Shown here: positions 29,978-40,609 of the stretch, piece by piece
How positions within the stretch are numbered: the first letter of the stretch is position 1
Layout: every line of letters starts with the position of its first letter
Notes under the pieces: generated by a model
Databases searched by the model: none
The model's input: only the letters and a program-made list of their open reading frames with translations
Told to the model about the DNA's origin: nothing
Source: Nitrospirota bacterium
GTDB taxonomy: Bacteria; Nitrospirota; UBA9217
NCBI GenBank assembly: GCA_963737155.1
Contig: CAVTRN010000002.1
Span: forward strand, 1,632,001 to 1,696,000
DNA length: 64,000 nucleotides
Direction of reading: 5' to 3'
Translations under genes and position numbers: made by a program

Positions 29978-30481
29978 ATGTCGAAATTCGGCGCATCCTG
30001 GGGATTTGCGGGGGTAATGCTTTTGCTCGGCAGCGCCGTATATCGGCTGACGCCGATTGCTGTTGAAGCTTTCTATTACAATTGGTTCTGGTACCACACG
30101 ATCGCCTCCATTCTCATCCTGATCTTCATGGCTTATGTGGAAGGATATCGCGCTTTCCAGCTGGCTTTTTCACCGCGCGTGGCAGCGCGGGCGCGGTATC
30201 TACTGACGCATTCCAATTTCCTTCATACCATGCTGGCGCCATTGTTCTGCATGGCTTACTTTGACGCTCCGCGCAGACGTCGGATTGCCTCCCTCTCAGT
30301 GACGGCCGGTATCATTGTGTTGATCATCCTGGTGCGGCTCATTCATCAACCATGGCGTGGCATCATCGATGGCGGGGTGATCGTGGGTCTCGTTTGGGGA
30401 CTGGTTTCACTCGCTGTATTCGGGTACCAGGCTTTTACGTATGAAATATTTCCTTACGTTCCAGAAGTTCCTGAAGAATAG
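29978..30481 (+). CDS. Hypothetical membrane protein
   Basis: Several hydrophobic segments, EGYRAFQLAFSPRVAARA block, GGAGG RBS. Confidence 0.7.
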   Translation: MSKFGASWGFAGVMLLLGSAVYRLTPIAVEAFYYNWFWYHTIASILILIFMAYVEGYRAFQLAFSPRVAARARYLLTHSNFLHTMLAPLFCMAYFDAPRRRRIASLSVTAGIIVLIILVRLIHQPWRGIIDGGVIVGLVWGLVSLAVFGYQAFTYEIFPYVPEVPEE

Positions 30482-30546
30482 CATTACCGCAAACGGCGGC
30501 ATCCGGACCAGCACCATGGGATTTTGATTTTCGTGAGGAGTGTGAA

Positions 30547-31572
30547 TTGGAACTTGACGCAAAAACAATCCCCGGGACGCTTGTTGTATTCCTGATCGGG
30601 CAGACCTGTGCGAATCTCGAGGCGACTGACGTAGTGGCGATCAAACCGGTAAAGAGCGCACCGAGCTATCCTGACGTTATTCCTACGCAGAAGATCATTA
30701 AAATAGAAAAACGACCTGTCGATGGAAGAGAAGTCGGTTTCCTGGTAAAGGCATATCTCCCGGATATCGTTGTCGTCGAGGCATCTTTCGAGCCCGACAA
30801 TATTCTTGCCGAAATGACGCTGGACATCAAACGCTCACTGATCGTCGAATGCAGGAAAATATTGGGAGAATACACCTGTGATCCGGAATATGATGAAGAG
30901 TATAGCGTGTACTGCGTTGCCGGTTACAGCGGAGATCCCGAAGTGTACCTTTCCCAGTACGGCGATAAGATCGCGGCGTTTCTCAAAAATGAACGGATAC
31001 TTCTTGACGAGGAAGAGGTAAAGGCCACACTGTCGTCGAACCTGAAATACGGCAAGGATGATATTACGATTGTGGATTGGGACGGCGCTTTTATATTCGA
31101 TTCCAACGGGGATTTCCAGAGCAACATAGAATTATTCGAAATCGCCAACCTCCAGCTCCTGAAATCGCGCATTCTTGCTGATGATCTTGAGGATCGGATG
31201 GGAAAGGCCCTTCGCCTGGTGGGAGCTGCGAAGAAACGGCTGCCGATCCGGTCGGCAGAAGTGCGCAGGGTGGTGAAGGAGATCATCGAGACGCGTACGC
31301 AGTCGATCCTCGAGTCGCAAGCCGTGGAACGGAACATCAAGCTCATCGGGGACTGGTATTCTGCGAAACTTTATTCACTGATCGCGAAAAAATATCATCT
31401 CGACGCTTGGAAATCGAACATCAAAGAAAAACTGGATACACTCGAAGACGTTTATACCATGGCAATAGAGAACTTCAGCGTGTCGTACCGTGCGACGATA
31501 GAATTTATCATCCTTGCGGGCTGGTTTGTGCTGTTGCTTCTGTATGCTGGCGAGTTCCTGTTCATGAAGTAG
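30547..31572 (+). CDS. Hypothetical protein with a C-terminal TM helix (DUF155/RMD1-like)
   Basis: 341 aa ORF with GAGGAG RBS; VDWDGAF, IANLQLL and IGDWY..KLY blocks; terminal hydrophobic helix. Confidence 0.6.
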   Translation: MELDAKTIPGTLVVFLIGQTCANLEATDVVAIKPVKSAPSYPDVIPTQKIIKIEKRPVDGREVGFLVKAYLPDIVVVEASFEPDNILAEMTLDIKRSLIVECRKILGEYTCDPEYDEEYSVYCVAGYSGDPEVYLSQYGDKIAAFLKNERILLDEEEVKATLSSNLKYGKDDITIVDWDGAFIFDSNGDFQSNIELFEIANLQLLKSRILADDLEDRMGKALRLVGAAKKRLPIRSAEVRRVVKEIIETRTQSILESQAVERNIKLIGDWYSAKLYSLIAKKYHLDAWKSNIKEKLDTLEDVYTMAIENFSVSYRATIEFIILAGWFVLLLLYAGEFLFMK

Positions 31573-31829
31573 GGAAAATTGTGCAACAAGAAGATATTCT
31601 CCCGTCTTTTCATCTGATTTCGGGATGAATATAGCTAGAGTTGCATGTTGCGGGATCAGATCACATCATCGCTGAGATAACTTGTATTTCCTTCTTAAAA
31701 AGCCAGGGATCATGCTATTTTTTGGGGCTTCTCAACCTCGATTCGGAAGGACTTTTTCATCTAACCTCTTTTTTGTCACTAGAACCGACTTGTTCTAGGA
31801 AAAACAGGAATCCGTGACATCGGCGATGT

Positions 31830-31995
31830 CCATGCAAACAGCAAGGAACACTTCATCTCGGATCAATAATTGTAGGCCTGTATTTTACTTCTCGACGAAG
31901 GCGCGACCATCCCTTTTACTTTCCGCTCCTACACGGAGACTGCCGACCCGCTCGATAAAGATGCGATCTCCACGATTCGGGAGCCAGCACTGGTT
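31830..31995 (+). pseudogene. N-terminal remnant of a Tex-like RNA-binding protein
   Basis: Frame from 31885 reads LLLDEGATIPFTFRSYTETADPLDKDAISTIRE, matching the Tex motif LLDEGATIPFIARYRKE; stops upstream and no continuation. Confidence 0.6.
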
Positions 31996-32282
31996 TCTTC
32001 AGGCAGCCATTGCCAAGAGTGTAGCGGCACGGAAATTTTCATTATTCAAGTGGCTATGAACGGCGACCCTGTATAGTCTCCCTCTCATTAATTGCAAAAG
32101 AAGTTATGGGACGTATCAACCCATTGTTCCGTGCCAAGAGCCTCTTTTGGTAACCTTTCTTTATGTCATTATCCTAACATTTAAATTTTGAAAAACATAA
32201 TATAGTTATTCAAAAGTAGTAATATCTGCTTGACAATTCCCAATTCTTTATGATACGGTTACCGCTTGAAATTGGAGGAAAC

Positions 32283-32900
32283 ATGCGGGGTTTGAAATCA
32301 AGAAATACTACTAAGAAAAAAGAATATGTTACCTTTATGTTCCTGCCCGGTCCTAATGCCCGCGTAAGGACGCTGAATGTTTCCAAAGCAGTGATCAAAA
32401 CCGTTATGCTCTCTCTAGCCGGATTACTCGTCCTTTCAGTTTATCTTATTTATGAATATAATAACGTACAAGAGAAAGCATCGGAACTGCAGTCCATGCG
32501 CGAGGAAATTATGCAGCAGAAAGCCCAGGTCCAGAACTTCGTTCTCAACCTGATCGATTATAAACGCCAGATGTCCCTAATCCGCGCTCTGGACACAAAG
32601 CTGCGGCAGGCCGAAAGTCTCGTGCCCGGCCACAAGGCACAGTTGTTCCTCGGGATTGGCGGCCCGGATGAACTCGGGCACAAGAATCCATCCACAATCG
32701 GGGAACAGAAACAGGATGAGGCGCCCAAGGAAACGCATCAGGAATTGAATCACGTCCATCCAGATGGCGGCATCAAAGCAGGAGGCGAGCCTACAGACCT
32801 TGATTGAATATACTGTTTGACAAGTGCTCCCTCTAGGCCTCGACTTCCGCAATCTGGGTTCGCGGATGGGTCGTATCCCGTCCGGCTGGAACGCTTTACT
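32283..32900 (+). pseudogene. Frameshifted M23 peptidase (coiled coil plus start of LytM domain)
   Basis: TM, coiled coil and GIGGP in the ORF; shifted frames read QEASLQTLIEY then FDKCSL*ASTSAIWVRGWV (compare STPSIWPVRGWVTS); catalytic domain absent. Confidence 0.7.
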
Positions 32901-33315
32901 AAATCAGGCAGGGGATGAGTTGCCATACCTAACGCAAACATCCGTTTCGAGTACCTCGTTGGTAAGGCCATCCTTCTATACGATTCGATGAGTACGACTT
33001 CTGAGCCTCGTCAGGTTCTGCCTGTTCCTCGGGCTCTCTGGGGTCGTGCCATGGTGATGCCATTTACCGCCATCCACGGCTCTATCTGTTTCTCGCTCAG
33101 TCGCTATACGGAGAGGCGCCGAGATCGACCGGAGCATAAAACTTCCGATGGGCATCGTCGACCAATTGCGACAACTGTAGCCCTACGGCGTTGCTAATAT
33201 TTCTGGTAAGACCTGCGGTTGACGGTTTTGAGCACAAAAAAAGAGCAGTCCGGCTTGGTCATTCTCCGCTGCCCAACAAACTCGTAATGCGCCCCTCCTC
33301 AGGAGCAATTACACT

Positions 33316-33498
33316 TTATCCCCTCATTTTTTTCGCTTCCGCCCTGTCATCATCGTTCTCGGTCATGGGCTTTCTTGAATCCCCTTATACGTTTACCATG
33401 CCCTTCGTCGATCTCCGGCAGCTTACCCGAACCGAAGATGACAAGCATGATCACTAGGATAAGCAGCAGATGCATTGGCTGAAAAAGACTCTTCCCAT
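33316..33498 (-). pseudogene. Degenerate tatA paralog
   Basis: Minus strand reads SLFQPMHLLLILVIMLVIFGSGKLPEIDEGHGKRIRGFKKA, homologous to tatA at 35094, with frameshifts near both ends. Confidence 0.75.
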
Positions 33499-33522
33499 TT
33501 TATGTCTTCCCTTTTGTTAAAG

Positions 33523-33717
33523 CTACTTTTTGGTTTCACCTGAAGACGAGGACTTTTTTTTCAATGACATAAGGACGAACAATATGATGAAAAATATCCA
33601 GACAATTTTCAAGGTTAAAAGGGTGAACGACAAGTAGATAAATTGTTTTATCGACTTTAACGCTAGCCCTGCGATAAGAATCAGGCCAAAGATTAATAGT
33701 ATTTTATTAGATTTCAT
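33523..33717 (-). CDS. Small hypothetical membrane protein
   Basis: Two hydrophobic helices and a basic C-terminal tail. Confidence 0.5.
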   Translation of the reverse strand: MKSNKILLIFGLILIAGLALKSIKQFIYLSFTLLTLKIVWIFFIILFVLMSLKKKSSSSGETKK

Positions 33718-34040
33718 GGCGATCAAGGAAGCGGATACACTCTAAATCATTTTCGGGCGTTCCGCAATCTATTTTTTGTCATGAGGTGAGTCACGTATAC
33801 TTTTGCATGAAGTCTAGAGCAGAAAGCATATTTTAGACAGGACGGAGAGCCCATTTATCTGTTATATGTCTCAGCTTGGCCTTATCGGACAGATGCGTGA
33901 CTACATCATGAAATTGCTCAATACCAATAGATTTGCTATAATAATAATGGCGCAGATACTTGGAGTGTTCGTCTTCCTTAAGTCCGTGTGGAAGGGATAT
34001 CAAGAAAAAAAAATGCACTTCACCGCAGGAGTCTGAGCGT

Positions 34041-34895
34041 ATGGGGAAATATAAAAGAATTTTGGTGGCCATCGATAGATCGGAGTCGGGTAAAAACGCG
34101 CTTCATCAAGCTTTCAATTTGGCCAATGAAGAGAAATGCTGGATAACGGTCACATCGGTGGTCCCTCCCTTTGAAGGGGAGACTGTGGGCCTTGGCGTCA
34201 AGGACATAAAGGCGGCTCTAAGAAAACCCTGTGATGACGCCCTAGCGGAAGTAAACAAGATCGTAAAAAACGAGCATACGTTTGTGAAAACTGTATGCGA
34301 GGAAGGCGATGTCTACGAACGGATCGTGGACCTTGCTGATGCCGAAAATTGCGATGTCATAGTCATGGGACGTCATGGCCGTCGAAAAATCGAGCGTATG
34401 CTGATGGGGAATGTTACGGCAAGGGTCATCGGCCATTTCCAGCGGGATGTATTCGTGGTCCCCAACGGGACTGCCATCGGGTGGAAGATCATCATCTTAG
34501 CGACTGATGGTTCAAAATACAGCGCTGCTGCGGCAAAACGGGCGATTTCGCTTGCAAAATCTTATGGAGGAGTGCTGAAAGTTCTCTCGGTCGTGGACGT
34601 CACGTCGGAGTTCTATGACGAGGCGCCACAGGCTGTGGATAGTCTCGTACAGCAGGCCAAAGGGTATGTGTCTGATGTAAAAAAACAGGCCGAGGATGCT
34701 GGAGTGAATGCTGACACATTTATCCGAGAAGACGAGGTTTATCTGGCAATCAACAACCTTGCCCAAGAGGAGAAGGCCAATATCATTATCATGGCTTCAC
34801 ACGGGAGGACCGGTCTCCGCCGTCTGCTGATGGGGAGCGTGACGGAAATGGTTATCGGACATTCTTTCTGCCCTGTACTCGTGGTGAAATCGTAA
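34041..34895 (+). CDS. Universal stress protein with tandem USP domains
   Basis: ILVAID.S, VMGRHG...LMGNVT.RV and ILATDGS, MASHGRTG..RLLMGSVTE.V; CAGGAG RBS. Confidence 0.93.
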   Translation: MGKYKRILVAIDRSESGKNALHQAFNLANEEKCWITVTSVVPPFEGETVGLGVKDIKAALRKPCDDALAEVNKIVKNEHTFVKTVCEEGDVYERIVDLADAENCDVIVMGRHGRRKIERMLMGNVTARVIGHFQRDVFVVPNGTAIGWKIIILATDGSKYSAAAAKRAISLAKSYGGVLKVLSVVDVTSEFYDEAPQAVDSLVQQAKGYVSDVKKQAEDAGVNADTFIREDEVYLAINNLAQEEKANIIIMASHGRTGLRRLLMGSVTEMVIGHSFCPVLVVKS

Positions 34896-35038
34896 CCTCG
34901 GTAAAGGAGAGTATAATAGGTGCATTCGAGGATAATTTAACGTGCATGAGTGATTTACCGAGCTGCAGTTAATCAGCACAAGCCTCCTTATCTTTCGCGA
35001 TCTGGATGCCGCTTATCAACGCGGCCGATAATTATAAA

Positions 35039-35067
35039 TTGACAGCATGCTTTCAGGCCGGTATAAT
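35039..35067 (+). promoter_or_regulatory. Consensus sigma70 promoter for tatA
   Basis: Perfect TTGACA-N17-TATAAT, followed by AAGGAGG RBS. Confidence 0.85.
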
Positions 35068-35093
35068 ATGGCATAATAAGGAGGATGTGCCCA

Positions 35094-35285
35094 ATGTTTG
35101 AAGGTCTGTTCCAACCACTACACTTGATTTTGATTTTGCTGATCGTACTCATTATTTTCGGGCCTGGAAAACTGCCCGAATTGGGAGAAGGGCTCGGTAA
35201 GAGCATCAAAGCCTTTAAAAAGGCTATGAATGAAGATCAGACGCAAAAACCGAAGATAGAGCATAAAGAAGAAAAAAAAGCATAG
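35094..35285 (+). CDS. tatA: Twin-arginine translocase TatA/E
   Basis: [34 protein letters not shown]. Confidence 0.94.
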   Translation: MFEGLFQPLHLILILLIVLIIFGPGKLPELGEGLGKSIKAFKKAMNEDQTQKPKIEHKEEKKA

Positions 35286-35329
35286 TTTTCCGGGTAGACT
35301 TAACTTCATAGCACAACGACGACGTTTGT

Positions 35330-35361
35330 ACGGTTTAGGATCAAAACCTAAACCGTTTTTT
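35330..35361 (+). terminator. Rho-independent terminator after tatA
   Basis: ACGGTTTAGG / 7-nt loop / CCTAAACCGT followed by a T run. Confidence 0.8.
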
Positions 35362-35638
35362 ATTTGATTTGGCTCATCTTGCTTTTTTATCACCGTACTG
35401 CATTATTCTTGTGCAGTGCCGCACGGAAAGTGGGTCTTCGAGGATTATCTGCGGCCTAATTTAATTTTGTATTCTAATGCGGTTTATTGCGTCATTAAAT
35501 AAAGGAATTCCAATAGATAGTGCTGCATAGGTTTAATATTAGGCAAGAATTAGAGAAAACATGGTACAATAGTATCAAGGTGCAATGTCCATGTCATGGT
35601 TTTGAATTTCAATCTACTTGACGAAGCTGCAACATCAA

Positions 35639-36805
35639 TTAAAGCAACGGTGCTTTTTTTTCTTCGATAGCCGGCTGCGGCTCGGTTCCGCTCAATGAAT
35701 GGAGACGTTCGTCGAACTTCTCGAGTCTCTTGTCTGCGTCATCGTATTTTGTTTTCACGTTTGTCAGGTGTTTGCCTACCAGCTCGAAATCCAATTTAAA
35801 CTTATCGAAATCTCCTGAAAGCCTGGCGAGACTTTTCAGGATTTCCTGCGCCTGTTCCTCGATATGCAGTCCTTTCAGACCCAATAAAATGGTTTGGAGG
35901 TAGGCGTAAAAACTGTTGGGCGATACGGGGATTACCCTTTTCGTAAAGGCGTAATTAAGCAGGCCCCTGTCTGAGTCGATTGCTTCGTCCTTGATAATGA
36001 GCTCGTAATACACGTTTTCTGCCGGAATGTACATGAGCGCGAAGTCAAAGGTGCCTTCATCGGGAAGAATATACTTTCCGGCTATAGCATCGATATGTTT
36101 CTTCACATCGCCGATGAATTTTTTCCTTGCAATCCTGTGTTCTTCTTCAGTAGCCGTCTCAACAACGCGCTTGAAATTTTCGAGCGGAAATTTGGCATCC
36201 ACGGGAACAAGGCTGCTGCCGAGCTTGATGACCGCGTCCACGGCTTCTCCGCTCTTGAACCGGTGCTGGAGGGCATAATGCGAAAGTGGGAATATCTGAG
36301 ACAGAAGGTCACCCAGAAACAGCTCGCCTAGGCCGCCCCTGAGTTTTGGCGAACGAAGGATCTCCTGGAGGCTAGCAATGTCTTTGCCTACGAGGAAGAC
36401 TTTTTGGGTCGCCTCTCCCAGACTGCCGAGGCCTTTGCTGACTTCCTGTACTACACGCGCCGCATTGTCGAGCCGGCTGTTTAGATCGCCGGTGGACTTC
36501 TGGAGCTGTTCCGTCACTTGGCCGAGACGGGTATTCATCTGCGACGCTACTTGGCCGAGCTGGGCATTCACAAGATTCGTGACCTGGCCTAGTTGGGTGC
36601 TTAATTGATTCGAGAACAGTCCCAGTTGCTGATTTACGGTCTCTTGGTTTCGCTGCATGGCTTCGGTGAGCTGACCGCGCAGTGACAGGACTTCCTGCTG
36701 AAGCAGACTGACGGTCGGATCGACCGTTTTTTTCTGCGACTGTAGAAAGAGCCAGAGGAGGATGAGGATGAAGGCAGATAAAAGTATGGGGATTACAGTG
36801 GTCAT
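35639..36805 (-). CDS. rmuC: DNA recombination protein RmuC
   Basis: N-terminal TM and coiled coil, PKLRG.LGE..L, PVDAKFP, KYI.P.EGT.DFALMYIPAE. Confidence 0.92.
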   Translation of the reverse strand: MTTVIPILLSAFILILLWLFLQSQKKTVDPTVSLLQQEVLSLRGQLTEAMQRNQETVNQQLGLFSNQLSTQLGQVTNLVNAQLGQVASQMNTRLGQVTEQLQKSTGDLNSRLDNAARVVQEVSKGLGSLGEATQKVFLVGKDIASLQEILRSPKLRGGLGELFLGDLLSQIFPLSHYALQHRFKSGEAVDAVIKLGSSLVPVDAKFPLENFKRVVETATEEEHRIARKKFIGDVKKHIDAIAGKYILPDEGTFDFALMYIPAENVYYELIIKDEAIDSDRGLLNYAFTKRVIPVSPNSFYAYLQTILLGLKGLHIEEQAQEILKSLARLSGDFDKFKLDFELVGKHLTNVKTKYDDADKRLEKFDERLHSLSGTEPQPAIEEKKAPLL

Positions 36806-36901
36806 AAAAAAGTTCAGATTTCATGTTTCAGAATATCAAGATAAGCAACGACATCTTGTGGCTCTCTTTTACTTTGAGTTCTTTCCGGTGAATTTGAACG
36901 G

Positions 36902-37897
36902 TTACTTGATCTCCAGCATTCTGTCCAGCGCCCGTTTGGCTTTGACGCGGATTTCCTCGGGAACCTTGATAACGTACTGCATCTTCTCCAGAGCCGTGAG
37001 CACACTTGTGAGACTGGTGCGTTTCATGTTCGGACAGACCATTTCTTTGTTCAGGATGTAGAATTTTTTAGCGGGACTTTCTTTTTGCAGACGATGGAGG
37101 ATGCCTTCCTCGGTTCCGATGATGAATTCCTTATGGTTCGATTCCTTGCAGAAGTGGAGCATACCGGAGGTGCTCGCGATTTGGTCAGACATGTCCTGGA
37201 CTTCGGGTGGGCATTCAGGATGGACAACAAGAACAGCGTCAGGATGATCCGTTTTAGCTTTTTTCACGTCATCCACATCGAGGTGCGCATGGTGCACGTT
37301 GCAGAAACCATCCCAGGAAATGATGTTCTTTTTCGTCCGCTTCGCCGCGTAGGAGGAGAGGTTTCGGTCGGGGATGCAGATTACCGTATCATCCTTGAGC
37401 GATTCCACAACCTTGACAACATTCGATGAAGTACAGCAGATGTCGCTCTCCGCTTTCACGGCAGCCGAGGTGTTCACATAGGCGACAACGGGGACTCCAG
37501 GATATTTTTTTTTCATGTCGAGGAGCGTGAATTCGTCGCCAAATTCGAAAGTAATGCCGAGAACGTCGGTATAGAGTTCGCGTTTCGTCTTCCTTGGGCC
37601 GTTGACCGTGACCATGTCCGCCATTGGGCAGCCTGCGCTAATCTCAGGCAGCAGCACGGTTTTATCCGGCGACAGGATGGAGGCGCTCTCGGCCATGAAA
37701 TGGACGCCACAGAATACGATTACCTCGTAGTCCGTATTTGCAGCGGCACGGGAAAGTTCGAGCGAGTCGCCGGTGATGTCGGCGACGTCCTGTACCTCGG
37801 GACGCTGATAATTGTGGGCGAGAATAATGGCGTTCAGGTTTTTTTTTAGCGTATAGATTTTATCGCGAAGGGCGTTGATATCGATTTTCTCGGTCAT
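36902..37897 (-). CDS. nadA: Quinolinate synthase A
   Basis: [40 protein letters not shown]. Confidence 0.96.
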   Translation of the reverse strand: MTEKIDINALRDKIYTLKKNLNAIILAHNYQRPEVQDVADITGDSLELSRAAANTDYEVIVFCGVHFMAESASILSPDKTVLLPEISAGCPMADMVTVNGPRKTKRELYTDVLGITFEFGDEFTLLDMKKKYPGVPVVAYVNTSAAVKAESDICCTSSNVVKVVESLKDDTVICIPDRNLSSYAAKRTKKNIISWDGFCNVHHAHLDVDDVKKAKTDHPDAVLVVHPECPPEVQDMSDQIASTSGMLHFCKESNHKEFIIGTEEGILHRLQKESPAKKFYILNKEMVCPNMKRTSLTSVLTALEKMQYVIKVPEEIRVKAKRALDRMLEIK

Positions 37898-37906
37898 AGG
37901 TATGTG

Positions 37907-37936
37907 ATAATACAGATAATCGCTGCTGGTTGTCAA
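37907..37936 (-). promoter_or_regulatory. sigma70 promoter for nadA with a very short or no leader
   Basis: Minus strand TTGACA-N18-TATTAT, 9 nt before ATG 37897. Confidence 0.6.
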
Positions 37937-38038
37937 ATGGAAAGTGCGCATGTAGAGGCTCAGGTGCGGGGAACAGAAAAATAAAAGGCTGCAAGATGAT
38001 AGTTTCCTGCGCCGCAACGCGGTTCTCCGGCTTTTCTA

Positions 38039-38067
38039 TTGCGCGGGCCGTTGATTTCGGGTATTCT
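38039..38067 (+). promoter_or_regulatory. sigma70-type promoter for era, probably leaderless
   Basis: TTGCGC-N17-TATTCT, 7 nt before ATG 38075. Confidence 0.55.
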
Positions 38068-38074
38068 ACCCCCC

Positions 38075-38977
38075 ATGGAAGAGAATAAAAAATTCAAGTC
38101 AGGGTTCATTTCCATTATCGGCAGGCCGAACGTGGGGAAATCTACACTGCTCAATGCCCTTCTGGGCGAAAAAATAGCCATTATTTCCGACAAGCCGCAG
38201 ACCACACGTAACCGGATTCTCGGTATTGTAAACCAGCCCGGAGCTCAGATAGTGTTCATGGACACGCCGGGCATCCATAAACCTATGCACAAGATGAATG
38301 AGTTCATGGTGAACACGGCGCTTAGAACCTATAATGAAGTGGATGTTATTCTCATGCTCGTTGAAGCGATGGAACAGCCTGGAGGCGGGGATAGGTTCAT
38401 CATCGAAACGCTCCAGAAAGTGAAGACGCCGGTGTTTCTGATCATCAACAAAGTCGATCTGGTTAATAAAGAGGCCTTGCTGCCGCTTATGCAGGAATGT
38501 AGCAAACTATACCGTTTCGCGGAGATCATTCCCATCTCAGCGCTTCAGAACGACCTCGGCGGCCTTATCGAGGCAATTACCAAAAGGCTACCTCAGGGCC
38601 CGCAATATTTCCCCGATGACCAGCTCACGGACCAGCCGGAGCGCTTTATCGTCTCCGAAATCGTACGCGAGAAAATTTTCGAACTCACGAAGGATGAAAT
38701 CCCCTATTCTACTGCTGTGGTTATAGAGGAGATGAAGGAAGATCCCGACATCACGCGCATTCATGCCGTTATTTACGTGGAGCGGGATTCTCAGAAGGGG
38801 ATCCTGATCGGCAAGGGCGGGGCCATGCTGAAGCAGATCGGCACCCTAGCCCGTCAGGATGCTGAAAAGCTGCTCGGAACTAAAATCTTTCTAAAGCTCT
38901 ACGTCAAGGTAAAAAAGGGTTGGCGGGAGGATGTAGGCATGCTTAAGGATATCGGCATTCTCCGGGAGGGAGATTAG
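38075..38977 (+). CDS. era: GTPase Era
   Basis: GRPNVGKSTLLN, KPQTTR, DTPG, NKVD, KH domain with ILIGKGG. Confidence 0.97.
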   Translation: MEENKKFKSGFISIIGRPNVGKSTLLNALLGEKIAIISDKPQTTRNRILGIVNQPGAQIVFMDTPGIHKPMHKMNEFMVNTALRTYNEVDVILMLVEAMEQPGGGDRFIIETLQKVKTPVFLIINKVDLVNKEALLPLMQECSKLYRFAEIIPISALQNDLGGLIEAITKRLPQGPQYFPDDQLTDQPERFIVSEIVREKIFELTKDEIPYSTAVVIEEMKEDPDITRIHAVIYVERDSQKGILIGKGGAMLKQIGTLARQDAEKLLGTKIFLKLYVKVKKGWREDVGMLKDIGILREGD

Positions 38978-38980
38978 CAA

Positions 38981-39601
38981 ATGCATGAACTGATCAACTG
39001 GCTGGTATTGACTATCGGCGCACTGGGGTATCCTGGCATCTTTCTTCTCATGGCCATGGAAAGTTCTGTCATTCCTCTCCCCAGCGAACTCGTCATGCCG
39101 CCTGCAGGCTACCTTGCCCAGCAGGGCCAGATGAACATGGCAATCGTGATCCTATGCGGAACAGCAGGGAGTCTTGCGGGAGCCTATCTTAACTATTTTG
39201 CGGCGCATTATCTGGGCAAGCCGCTTATCCTCAAGTACGGAAAGTATGTATGGATTACAGATGAGAAGTTCGCCAAAGTGGAGCACTATTTCAAGGACCA
39301 CGGCGAGATATCTATCTTCATCGGCAGGCTTCTGCCTGTGGTGCGGCATCTCATCTCGTTGCCTGCAGGACTCGCAGGCATGACTCAACTCAAATTTTCG
39401 GTTTATACCGTGTTTGGCGCAGGACTTTGGGTAGCGATCCTGTCGTATATTGGATATTTCATCGGTGCGAACCGTGATCTGATCATGAAATACTCTCACC
39501 AGGCATTGATCGGCGTTGTTACGGGGAGTATCGTCATTGTCTATTTCTATATCAAAGCGCATAAAAAAAAGAGAGCTTTAAACACGGATATTCCAAGGTA
39601 A
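38981..39601 (+). CDS. DedA family membrane protein
   Basis: MAMESS..PLPSELVMPPAG, GRLLPVVRHLISLPAG. Confidence 0.93.
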   Translation: MHELINWLVLTIGALGYPGIFLLMAMESSVIPLPSELVMPPAGYLAQQGQMNMAIVILCGTAGSLAGAYLNYFAAHYLGKPLILKYGKYVWITDEKFAKVEHYFKDHGEISIFIGRLLPVVRHLISLPAGLAGMTQLKFSVYTVFGAGLWVAILSYIGYFIGANRDLIMKYSHQALIGVVTGSIVIVYFYIKAHKKKRALNTDIPR

Positions 39602-39656
39602 ATGCTGGGCCCTTCAAAAAAATAAGTCTTCCCCGGAATTTGCCGAAAAAGCGGTT

Positions 39657-40260
39657 GTGGTTTGTCCACCTTGTCTACAAAACAATCCTCATGAAATAAA
39701 AAGAATTGGGGAAACAATGGCTCTCGATGGGATAAAGCATCCTTCCACCACAGCTTGCACGGATGGGGATACGTCCCTTTGTTCAGGTAGTGAGGTGGCT
39801 ACTTTTGGGTGGCGCTTTGACAAGCAAAAGTCAAAGACCACCAAGAGCAGATACCGAAAAGTACACAATATTACCAAGAACAGTTCCCTATGTGGACCCC
39901 TTCGCTTCATAGCTTTGCCTGATTTCCTGTTTGCGAGTAAATGCTTGCTATGTCTCCACAATCGACGTGAGAGACCCCAGAGACATGAGGGCAAAGACTG
40001 GGGTGACAGACAGAAATAGAGGGAAACAGCAAATTCACTATTGGCAGCTCGAGCGGATCATCAAGATGCTCTTGTTCAGACTCAAAGGCATTCACATTCT
40101 GAAAATTGACGAGAACTGCACGAGCCAGACCTATTGCAAGTATAATACAAGACAAAAGTTCGGCCGTGTGCATCGCGATCGTTACATATGCAAACAATTC
40201 GGCACTGCAATCAAAGCTGACGTGAAGGGCACAATAATAAATATCTCCCGGGGCAAATAA
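39657..40260 (+). pseudogene. tnpB: Decayed TnpB of the IS200/IS605 family
   Basis: Fragments in two frames: MALD-GIKH (RuvC-I), IHYWQ...IDENCTSQT (RuvC-II/zinc-finger entry), IKADVKG..NI (RuvC-III); zinc-finger cysteines partly lost; 5' part missing. Confidence 0.75.
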
Positions 40261-40261
40261 G

Positions 40262-40463
40262 TGTTTCCTGGCGCAGTGGCTGCTTGGCACAGCCAGCTGT
40301 CAACCGGTTTGCCTACGGAGAAAAACAAGTCTTCAATGTCAGCTCATAAACCGAGGATTTGACAAACATCCCTGACACCTCTGCGAACAGGATCAGCGGC
40401 GAATCTCGCGGGGGGAAAGCCTGATTTGGGGAATCTCCGGCCTTCGGGCCGGCGAGATGTCAA
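40262..40463 (+). ncRNA. TnpB omega-RNA (reRNA) scaffold and IS200/IS605 right end
   Basis: GGCTG-CTTGGCA-CAGCC hairpin; TGTCAACCGGTTT...AAACCG..TTGACA stem; subterminal hairpin GAATCTCCGGCCTTCGGGCCGGCGAG followed by ATGTCAA, the typical right-end TCAA. Confidence 0.72.
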
Positions 40464-40609
40464 TAAGCCGATCAGTTTCAACAGCCTACAGGGGGTGCAC
40501 GGTTCCCTGATGATGTAACGATTACCGGACCATAGGACACCCCCATCTCGATTGATGAGAGATACAGTTTGTTTTGAAACGAGTGCGCCGCTGGCCGGAC
40601 ACACAGTGA

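Noticed and set aside
32130-32140. TTGGCACG on the minus strand as a sigma54 -24 box
   Set aside because: No TTGC -12 element at the required spacing
36500-36640. 11-residue QLGQV periodicity in RmuC
   Set aside because: Ordinary coiled-coil repeat within a known protein family
40262-40600. 6S RNA or riboswitch upstream of recO
   Set aside because: The structured part is better explained as TnpB omega-RNA and IS right end; no 6S central bubble or known aptamer consensus recognised
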